The notes beneath the pieces are model-generated. The model was not told where the DNA came from and searched no databases. It saw nothing but the letters and a program-made list of their open reading frames with translations. A stretch of 12,535 nt of DNA, from contig NW_021826593.1 of NCBI RefSeq assembly GCF_006345805.1, forward strand, positions 1-12,535. Reading direction: 5' to 3'. This document shows positions 1 through 7,938 of this stretch, piece after piece. The DNA is from Octopus sinensis. Taxonomy: Eukaryota. The translations under genes were made by a program, and so were the position numbers. Within the stretch, counting starts at the first letter, position 1; each line of letters begins with the position of its first letter.

Positions 1-137
1 TAATGAGATAATAATAACAACAACAACAACAATAATAACTAACAATAAATAATAATAATAACAATAATAATAATAATAATAATATAATAATAATATAATA
101 ATAATAATAATGATAATACTACTACTACTACTACTAC

Positions 138-193
<56 letters not shown>
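1..193. repeat. Compound trinucleotide microsatellite (AAC)n/(AAT)n/(ACT)n/(AAT)n
   Basis: Read directly; it runs straight into the retrotransposon fragment at 194. Confidence 0.98.
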
Positions 194-676
194 TTAAGAC
201 ATGACAGAGTTGGCCAATATCTCCACTGGCTAATAAGTCGGCATTACAATATCAAAACTGCCGACAAGTGATATAATCACCACCCTGAAGCTGTAACTGA
301 AGGAGAAAATGTAACGATTCTGTGGGACTTTCCAGTACATACAGACCGAACCATCAAAGCTAATAAACCGGATATTGTTGTGAAGGACCAAAACAATAAA
401 GTTTGCTTATTGATCGACATGAGCATCCCCTGTGATCATATCTCGGCGAAAGAATTTGACAAGCTCAGAAAATATAAAGACCTGCTCATTGAAATTGAGA
501 AAATGTGGCATCTTAAGGCGGTTACAATACCAGTGGTCGTAGGAGCACTAGGAATGATCAAGAAGGGAACCGAAAATTATATGAGAATGATCCCTGGCTT
601 ACCATCCCTGCAAGAAGTGCAAAAGATTGTCTTAACTGGTACATCACACGTATTGAGAAGAGCATTGTCGATGTGA
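194..676 (+). pseudogene. Restriction-like endonuclease domain fragment of lineage A; in-frame TGA at 269-271 where Trp is expected
   Basis: Manual translation. The ORF-track 'start' at 380 is the GTG of the second Val in KPDIVV, not a real start. Confidence 0.88.
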
Positions 677-838
677 GAACTATTACTACCCATGTATTTT
701 AATTTAACTTAAAAAAAAAAGAACGAACTAGTGAGTTTAGTTTAATGGCCTACCAATGTATACTATGAGTTTCTTTGCCCTAGGAGTCGGGAAGACACTC
801 GGCAAGAAATGGAAGCAAATTTGAAAGAAGAAGAAAAA
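194..838 (+). mobile_element. 5'-truncated R4/Dong-clade (RLE-type) non-LTR retrotransposon, lineage A: ORF C-terminus plus ~160-nt 3' UTR
   Basis: The frame containing ORF 380-676 extends upstream to 194: LRHDRVGQYLHWLISRHYNIKTADK*YNHHPEAVTEGENVTILWDFPVHTDRTIKANKPDIVVKD...LLIDMSIP...KEFDKLRKYKDL...IPVVVGALGMI...QKIVLTGTSHVLRRALSM*. RHD, PD..D, K..KY and GALG are hallmark motifs of the restriction-like endonuclease. (TAA)n flanks both sides. Confidence 0.9.
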
Positions 839-844
839 CCCATA

Positions 845-904
<60 letters not shown>
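845..904. repeat. (AAT)20 microsatellite between retroelements A and B
   Basis: Read directly. Confidence 0.97.
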
Positions 905-905
<1 letters not shown>

Positions 906-1350
906 TTCAAACTAACAAGAAGTTAGAAAATGATAGACTGGACATTACAGTTATAGATAAGGAAAAGCGAAGTTGCTTACTAATCGATCCATCATTCCCG
1001 TTTGATTCCAGGATCGAAAAGAAAAAGGAAGAAAAAGGGGGGGAAAATGCAATCCCTTAAAATTTGAAATAGGAAGAATTTGGAGCATGCGAACAGTAAG
1101 GGTCGTGCTTATAATAATTGGTGCGTTGGGAACAGCAAGAAGAGATTTAGTCAAATGGCTGAAGGAGATTGGAATAGAATGCCCGGTAGAGTTCCTACGG
1201 AAAGTTTGTCTCTTAGGGACAGCAAGGATTATCAGGAGGGGGTCTAAGGAGAGGTGAAAAACTTGTGGATACCTAAGGTTACAGGTAGTAACACGCTACT
1301 AGCATCAATCCTACCAAGAATAAGACTGAACCTAAGCCAAACCAAAAATG
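905..1350 (+). mobile_element. 5'-truncated R4/Dong-clade retrotransposon, lineage B; frameshifted RLE C-terminus (905-1257) plus 3' UTR
   Basis: IQTNKKLENDRLDITVIDKEKRSCLLIDPSFPFDSRIEKKKEEK, then a frameshift in the G7 run at 1037-1043, then EKCNPLKFEIGRIWSMRTVRVVLIIIGALGTARRDLVKWLKEIGIECPVEFLRKVCLLGTARIIRR. Colinear with lineage A but clearly a different sequence. Followed by (TAA)n. Confidence 0.85.
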
Positions 1351-1365
1351 ATAATCGTAATAATA

Positions 1366-1432
<67 letters not shown>

Positions 1433-1441
1433 TAATATAAA
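1351..1441. repeat. Imperfect (AAT)n microsatellite
   Basis: Read directly. Confidence 0.95.
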
Positions 1442-1498
1442 AGGAGTCGGGAAGACACTCGGCAAGAAATGGAAGCAAATTTGAAAGAAGAAGAAAAA
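1442..1498 (+). mobile_element. 57-bp extreme 3'-terminal copy of lineage A
   Basis: 1442-1498 is identical to 782-838 (aggagtcgggaagacactcggcaagaaatggaagcaaatttgaaagaagaagaaaaa) and has AAT repeats on both sides. Confidence 0.9.
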
Positions 1499-1500
1499 AA

Positions 1501-1552
1501 GATGATAATAATAATAATAATAATAATAAAATAATAATAATAATAATAATAA

Positions 1553-1583
<31 letters not shown>

Positions 1584-1600
1584 AAGAAGAAGAAGAAGAG
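1501..1600. repeat. (AAT)n followed by (GAA)n
   Basis: Read directly. The GAA run is in frame with the following element (...EEE-LNRL). Confidence 0.95.
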
Positions 1601-1878
1601 CTGAATAGACTGTGAAAGTCCAAGACAACAATTATTTCTGTAGTAATTGGTAAACTTGTTACAAGACCCAAAATTCTACCTAAAAAAAAAAAAAAAAACT
1701 AAAAGAGTTTGGAATTAAAATTCGCATTGTTGACCTGCAGAAAAGTACCATTCTATATTCTGCAAGAATCCCCCCCCCCACCAAAAAAGGAGACTTGAAA
1801 TTTGAGGAGTCTTGTTGTCACCAAACATCAAGATATCTGCAAATTAAATTATCAGGCACAAGCGTAGCAGCAGCAATT
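1601..1878 (+). mobile_element. Decayed 5'-truncated R4/Dong-clade retrotransposon, lineage C
   Basis: LNRL*KSKTTIISVVIGKLVTRPKILPK, a frameshift in A17 (1682-1698), then LKEFGIKIRIVDLQKSTILYSARI. This aligns with the 'IEKMWHLKAVTIPVVVGALG...LQEVQKIVLTGTSHVLR' segment of A. Confidence 0.72.
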
Positions 1879-1879
1879 A

Positions 1880-1915
1880 TAGTAGTAGTAGTAGTAGTGT
1901 AGTAGTAGTAGTAGT
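1880..1915. repeat. (AGT)n microsatellite
   Basis: Read directly. It could be the target/tail of element C or the (ACT)n tail of the minus-strand SINE that follows. Confidence 0.9.
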
Positions 1916-1934
1916 TCTTTCTTTATTTTTTTCA

Positions 1935-2085
1935 ATGGTTTCAAATTTTGTCACAAAGCCTGCAATTTTTTAAGTGAGAAGTGATGAACGAGGCCAACGA
2001 CCCGGGTACTTGATGTTATTTTATCGACCGTGGAAGGACGAAAACAATGTTGACCTTGGTGGATTTGAACTCCGAACGTAAAGAT
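1935..2085 (-). mobile_element. Diverged, truncated copy of tRNA-SINE family B with a different 3' region
   Basis: ttttatcgaccgtggaaggacgaaaacaatgttgaccttggtggatttgaactccgaacgtaaag aligns with atttatcgaccccgaaaggatgaaaggcaaagtcgacctcggcggaatttgaactcagaacgta in the copies at 7939-8355 and 11271-11503. Confidence 0.7.
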
Positions 2086-2118
2086 CCTCAAGCAAACAGA
2101 GCAATTTTAAAAACACTT

Positions 2119-2285
2119 GATTCCTAATATTGACGCAAAACCCCGAATTTAGTTGGGTGGGGGGTTCTAATTAATTATGAGGGGGGTTATAATTAATTAT
2201 ATTAATTTAGTCATCGATTGGTAATTATTTTATCGTTTCTTGGGGACATAAAAGAGAAATTCCTCATGGTTGGAACTGGAATTGG
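2119..2285 (-). mobile_element. Possible very old SINE-B-related relic
   Basis: Only patchy similarity (attggtaattattttatcg versus actggtacttaatttatcg). Confidence 0.3.
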
Positions 2286-2334
2286 AAACAAGAACCAAAC
2301 TTGATACGGTCTGAAGGATTCTACCAGAATATAT

Positions 2335-2510
2335 ACCACCACAGCACAATACCACCAACAGCACTACCACCCATACCAGCACCAGTACTACTACGACGAC
2401 TATCATTAACAATGTTACTCCTAATTCCTACTACTACAACCACTACTACTACTGCTACTACTGCTGCTACTACTACTACTACAGCAACTACTACCACTAC
2501 CACTACTACA

Positions 2511-2546
<36 letters not shown>

Positions 2547-2553
2547 GCTGCTG

Positions 2554-2618
<65 letters not shown>

Positions 2619-2853
2619 GCTACTACCAACACCAATATCATTACTATCACTACCACCTATACTAGCATCACTGCTGCTACTACAACTGTAACAACTATTA
2701 CTACTACTACCACTAGTACAACCACTACTACTACTACTGCTACTACTGCTACTACCAACACCAATATCATTACTATCGCTACCACCTATACTAGCATCAC
2801 TGCTGCTACTACAACTGTAACAACTATTACTACTACTACCACTACTACAACCA

Positions 2854-2898
<45 letters not shown>

Positions 2899-3035
2899 TC
2901 AACATCACTAATTTTGGGCCCTACCATTCCAAAGACTCCCACTACATCGGCACACCCACCACCACCACTAACTACTACTACTACTACTATTACTGCTACC
3001 ACGGTCACCAACACTATTACTACTACCACCACAAC
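2335..3035. repeat. Compound (ACT)/(ACC)/(GCT) microsatellite containing a ~129-bp higher-order duplication
   Basis: The unit tgctactaccaacaccaatatcattactatc(a/g)ctaccacctatactagcatcactgctgctactacaactgtaacaactattac starts at 2618 and again at 2747. Confidence 0.95.
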
Positions 3036-3145
3036 TAGCACCTACCCCTGCCCCCACCTCATCCCACCAACCTCCCCTCTGGGTCTGACCTACATAAAAT
3101 TCAACTTTACTCCCTAAGGTATCTATCAAGGTGGTGGGAGGGGTG

Positions 3146-3890
3146 TGATGAGGTACGTGTATGCATTAGTGTGTGTGCGTATGGCGTGCGTGTGTGAACG
3201 TGTATGTGTGTGTGCATTGCATGTGTGTGTGGGTATTACGTGTGTGTGTGTGTACGTGCGTGCGCGTGAGCATGTGTGTGAGTATTTGTGCACATGTGTG
3301 TGTGCATGCGTGTGTGTGAATTGCGTGCGTGTGTGGGTATTGCGTGCGTGTGTGTACGTGTGTGCGCGTTTATGCACATGTGTGTGTGCATGTGTGTGTA
3401 TTGTGTGCGTGTGCGCGTGTGAATGTTTGTGCACATGTGTGTGTGTGTATTGTGTACGTGTGTGGGTATATCATGTGTGGGTATTGCGTGTGTGTGTGTA
3501 CGTATGTGTGTGTGTGAGTGTTTGTACACATGCGTGTATGCATGTGTGTGTATTGTGTGCGTCTGTGGGTATTGCGTGCGTGTGTGTACGTGTATGTGCG
3601 TGTGTGTGAGTGTTTGTGCACATGTGTGTGTATTTTGTGCGTGTGTGGGTATTGCTTGTATGTGTGTACGTGTGTGTGTGTGTGAGTGTGTGTGCATGTG
3701 TGAGTATATCATGTGTGTATTGTGTATGTGTATGTGTGCGTGGTGGGACAAGTGTATGTGTGTGTTTTTCCGTAATTGTGCAAATATGTATAGAGGAACT
3801 CTATATGTGAATATGTGTTTTGTGTGTGTGTGTGTGTGTGTTTCAGTGTGTGTGTGTGTGTTTCAGTGTGTGCATGCATTAATGCGTGTG
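3146..3890. repeat. (GT)n-derived minisatellite with recurring higher-order motifs
   Basis: Recurring gtgggtatt, tttgt(g/a)cacatg and tgtgtacgt motifs at roughly 50-130-bp intervals in a GT background. Confidence 0.93.
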
Positions 3891-4039
3891 CAAGTGGCTA
3901 TAGTGTTGCACCTTGTGGCGGTGGTGGCGGTGGTTGCGGTGGTGGGGAGCGCAAGAACTTGCACGTGTGAATGCGTGTGTAATTGCATACGTCTTGAGTG
4001 CATATCAATGTACGTATGTATACATTTGTATTAATGTTA

Positions 4040-4168
4040 TGTGTGTAAGAGTGTGTGCATGTGTGTGTTTGTGTGTGTGTGTGAGTGTGTGTCCTTTATT
4101 AAGCTGTACGCTCATCGATCTTCGTTAGACTATTACACTAAATATGTGTGCGTGTGCAAACGCGTGTA

Positions 4169-4215
<47 letters not shown>

Positions 4216-4243
4216 TCCATGTGTGGTGGTGGTGGTGGTGGTG
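4040..4243. repeat. (GT)n, (AT)n (~4167-4216) and (GGT)n (~4224-4243) microsatellites
   Basis: Read directly. Confidence 0.9.
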
Positions 4244-4291
4244 TTATCAGTAAGTACATCTGTGAAGAGGATACAGGAGCAGCGGGAGAAG

Positions 4292-4620
4292 AGGGGAAGA
4301 TGAAGATGATGAAGAAGAAGAAGAAGAAGAAGAAGAAGAAGATGATGATGATGATGATGAAGAAGAAGAAGAAGATGATGATGAAGAAGTAGAAGATTAA
4401 AGAAGAAGAAGAAGAAGTGAAAGAAGAAGAAGAGAAGAAGAAGAAGAAGAAGAAGAAGAAGTGAAAGAAGAAGAAGAAGAAGAAGAAGAAGAAGGAGAAG
4501 AAGAAGAAGAAAGAGAAGAAGAAGAAGATGATGATGATGATGAAGAAGAAGAAGATGAGGATGAAGAAGTAGAAGAAGAAGAAGAAGAAGTGAAAGAAGA
4601 AGAAGAAGAAGAAGTGAAAG

Positions 4621-4651
<31 letters not shown>

Positions 4652-4880
4652 GGAAGTGGAAGAAGAAGTGGAAGAAGAAGAAGTGGAAGAAGAAGAAGTG
4701 GATGAAGAAGAAGTGGAAGAAGAAGAAACAGAAGAAGAAACAGAAGAAGAAGAAGAAGAAGTGGAAGAAGAAGAAGAAGAAGAAGAAGAAGTGGAAGAAG
4801 AAGAAGAAGAAGAAGAAGTGGAAGAAGAAGTTGAAGAAGAAGTTGAAGAAGAAATTGAAGAAGAAGTTGAAGAAGAAGAG
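4292..4880. repeat. ~590-bp (GAA)n compound purine tract with GAT/GTG/GTGAAA variants
   Basis: Read directly. It produces the poly-E, poly-K, poly-F and poly-L ORFs in the track. Confidence 0.97.
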
Positions 4881-4894
4881 TGAGTGAGTAAAGT

Positions 4895-5000
4895 ATGAAG
4901 ACAGTGACGTCATTAACAATAAAATTAAGGCCAGGCCAATGTACGGCAACGAATGGGGGATACAGGGTGACAGCGGGGTATGTGGGGTGGGAGGGGAGTC
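4895..5000 (+). promoter_or_regulatory. Candidate regulatory island: CRE palindrome TGACGTCA (4905-4912), CCAAT (4936-4940), Sp/KLF-type GT box overlapping a canonical G-quadruplex motif (4975-4996)
   Basis: The motifs are seen directly. Function is inferred only from their clustering. Confidence 0.3.
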
Positions 5001-5092
5001 GGATAAAGAAAATTATAAACCACACTCGAAGTTTTAGTGAGGGAGAGGAAGGAGATTTTCTGAAGGAATCTTCTAAACCCCTAACGCGGGCG

Positions 5093-5410
5093 CACGCACG
5101 CGCACACGCACACACGCACACGCACACGCACACACAGAGAAACTTACACGCACACAGACATGTATTCACACTGGCGTGGAAGGAGAGTGTGAGAGTGCAA
5201 GAAGGGAGAGTGTGAGGCGATCGATGGGGTGAGGTAAGAGTGAAGGGAGGAGATTAGATATCGTACACTGACAGATAGACCTAAACGAGAGACATCGATA
5301 TGAATAGATAAGAAGTACATTACACACACACACACACACACACACACATACCACACACACACACACATACACACACACACACATATATATATATACGTGT
5401 GTATATATAC

Positions 5411-5457
<47 letters not shown>

Positions 5458-5537
5458 CTTGTGTAGATACATACACACACACACCCATATATATATATAT
5501 ATATATTGACGGTCATGGTAGTGTGTATGTATGTATA

Positions 5538-5570
<33 letters not shown>

Positions 5571-5596
5571 GCACACACTGAAACACACACACACAC
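5093..5596. repeat. Alternating purine-pyrimidine microsatellites (CG/CA, CA, TA, TG) with short unique spacers
   Basis: Read directly. Confidence 0.9.
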
Positions 5597-5631
5597 TACC
5601 ATGATCGTCAAAATATAACAACACCAGCATC

Positions 5632-5659
5632 AATAATAATAATCATAATAATAATAATA

Positions 5660-5707
<48 letters not shown>
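5632..5707. repeat. (AAT)n joined head-to-head to (ATT)n, forming an AT-rich quasi-palindrome
   Basis: aataataataa switches to ttattattatt at about 5660. Confidence 0.93.
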
Positions 5708-6104
5708 GGAAGTTGATATTTCAAGTTACTCTGAATTTTTCGATTCCGGTATTCTTTATCTGGGTGCTTGAAAGAATGGCTATGTTGATAGAAACATGCA
5801 TTAAGCGTGTTTGCAATTCATCCGCTAATTGTTTGACTGAACTTTAATGCAATAACCACCTCCACCCCGCCCCCCCCCCCTAAAAAAAAGAAAAAAACAA
5901 AAGAAGAAACGTAAGAATCATATTTCAAAGACAATAGGGAATATGTTTAATGTTTAGAAAGGTTTTGATTGGATGAGATTGGAGTAAAAGCGTCTTAATG
6001 GTTAATAACCTAATTATTGTGAACATGATAAATGAAAGGATGGCAAAGTGCTGGGGATTCGTCAGTTTGGGGAAAAAGGAAACGAAGAAAAGTAGAGATG
6101 TATG

Positions 6105-6280
6105 AATATATATATATTATACAAAATGGGACAAGAACGCAAAACATCCGGACAACTAGGTGATACAAAAAGGGGCAACAAAACCTCCTGATAGACGATA
6201 CAAAAAAACAAGGAAGGGTCATTCGAAGCTTCTTATCTTCAGACAAAAACCGGATCATCCTCGCAGTATAAATAAATAAA
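6105..6280 (-). repeat. Probable interspersed-repeat remnant with an internal ~39-bp imperfect duplication and a degenerate hammerhead-like core
   Basis: caaaacatcc..gatacaaaaa occurs at ~6140 and again (caaaacctcc..gatacaaaaa) at ~6179. The minus strand reads CTGAAGA-taagaagctt-CGAA. Bounded by (TA)n and (TAAA)n. Confidence 0.35.
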
Positions 6281-6423
6281 TAATTGTGAAGAAAAGCTAG
6301 TTCTTAAAGGTAATGGTAAAATGAAATTTAGCGAGTGTGAAATTTATACAGTTGTGTGAGAGAGCCAAATTGAGCGAGTGTGTTAACTCAATACAGTAAA
6401 TTGAAAATATAAATGAAAACTCG

Positions 6424-6597
6424 TATATATACATATATACGACGGGCTTCTTTCAGTTTCCGTCTACCAAATCCACTCACAAGGCTTTGGTCGGCCCGAG
6501 GCTATAGTGAAAGACACTTACCCAAGGTGCCATGCAGTGGGAGTGAACCCGGAACCATGTGGTTGGTAAGCAAGCTACTTACCACACAGCCACTCCT
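6424..6597 (-). mobile_element. tRNA-derived SINE family A, 5' half, ending in its internal (AT)n
   Basis: The reverse complement closely matches 10694-10860. A box TGGCTGTGTGG is present; the B box is altered (GGTTCACTCCC). Confidence 0.92.
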
Positions 6598-6747
6598 AAT
6601 CTAAAGCTTTTGAAAGGCAATTACAGTTTTTGGATAATTGTTTGATGCAGTACAATGACAGATGGAAGTTGAGAGTCTAATAATGATTTAAGAAAATCTT
6701 TTTGAAATGAATTGGCTGAAAGAGCAAGTAAAACGTTTTTAGTAAGA

Positions 6748-7151
6748 ACTAGCAGTATCGCCCGGCGTTGCTCGGGTTTGTAAGGGAAATAACTATATAA
6801 GCATTTTTAGAGAGTTATAGCCAAAATATAGCAAAAAATGCATTAAAAATGGAAAAAAAAATTATGGTAAATTTTTGTTTAAATCGTTGACTCATCGTAG
6901 ACATTTTTAGAGAGTTACTTCCCTTATATAATAACGAGAAAAATGCATTAAAATGGAAAAAAATTATGGTAAATTATTTTTAAAATCGTAGACTCATCGT
7001 AGACGCGCGCTAATACCCAGAAGGGCTCGATATGAATCACGACTTTAAGATACCCGGTTTTGGTTAAACTGCACCGCAAAATGTGGGAGTAGTTAGGAAT
7101 CTAAATCGTAGGAGACAGACAGCACACAACCTCTCTTTTATATATAAAGAT
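6748..7151 (+). mobile_element. Non-autonomous Helitron/Helentron-type (HINE/DINE-1-like) element
   Basis: It starts ACTAG and is followed by the hairpin CCCG-GCGTTGCT-CGGG (6761-6776). It has an internal ~100-bp tandem duplication (6802-6901, 6902-7003) and an ACAGACAG stretch near the 3' end. It ends with palindromic TTTATATATAAA-GAT. The family call is from recognised architecture, not a database search. Confidence 0.7.
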
Positions 7152-7589
7152 ATCTAACTTTAATGAACGTTCTGCCGTAGTTGCTGCCAGTTTTCGTCCG
7201 ACTAAAGTGCACGCTGAATCGCTAACCATCGGAACAGTTTCGATTTGTGCAAAATGTGCTGTGGAGAGATGTGTCACATAAATGGTGGCTGTTGTCATTG
7301 TCCAGGAAATGCAGCAGACGCCACAGCATTTGTGCTTGCCTGCGCATCATGATGCACGATACAGCGACGCCTAGCAAGTAGCGATGCCCCCGCTCTGATC
7401 AACGCTCCGCGGAAGCCATATGCTCCCGGATCTTATTCTACGATGGAGAACAAATCCGGTATAGGAAGTGAAAGCTGTCGCGAATGGATCTACTAGGAAC
7501 TGCATACATTTGTGTGTCTCTGAAAGAGAAGCTTTCAATGACGCAAGATTAAGTGTAACTTGCAACGGGAATTCAATAATTAATCTTCA

Positions 7590-7700
7590 TTTTTTTCACT
7601 CTCTTTTTCTCTCCTTCTCTTCCTTTCCTCCTCCTCCTCCACCTCCTCTTTCAGTCTCTCTCTCTCTCTCTTACCCTCTCTTTCTCACACACATACACAC
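7590..7700. repeat. CT/CCT/CA pyrimidine-rich simple repeats
   Basis: Read directly. Confidence 0.85.
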
Positions 7701-7938
7701 GCAGAAATTGATAATCAATGCAAGTAAAATTCGTATCATTCAGGCTAAAATTATAAAAGTGAATGCATACATTGTATCCGAAATAAACGAAAAATTGAAA
7801 GTGTGAAAAAACAGTCTCGCCAAAAATAGACAAACCAGCATCCGAGAAAAATGATTGCCACGTAAATAAAGGATCGAACCTTACTTCTCAACAAAAATAA
7901 AATTGTAAATGGACTCGCAAAAAATATGTCTGTATTCT

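Noticed and set aside
809-1060. 83-aa ORF with poly-Asn
   Set aside because: It is a chimera of the lineage A 3' UTR, (AAT)n and a frameshifted lineage B fragment.
1244-1671. Minus-strand hydrophobic poly-Y/I/L/S ORFs resembling membrane proteins
   Set aside because: They are translations of (TTA)n and (TTC)n.
2301-3117. Mucin-like poly-Thr, poly-Ser and poly-Val ORFs
   Set aside because: The simple repeat is open in several frames on both strands, with no ATG context or splice evidence.
3126-4253. Cys/Val-rich and His/Thr-rich ORFs resembling metallothionein or keratin-associated proteins
   Set aside because: They are direct products of (GT)n/(CA)n.
4138-5215. Poly-Glu, poly-Lys, poly-Leu and poly-Phe ORFs, including the 343-aa one
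   Set aside because: They are translations of the GAA tract with non-ATG starts and no domain content.
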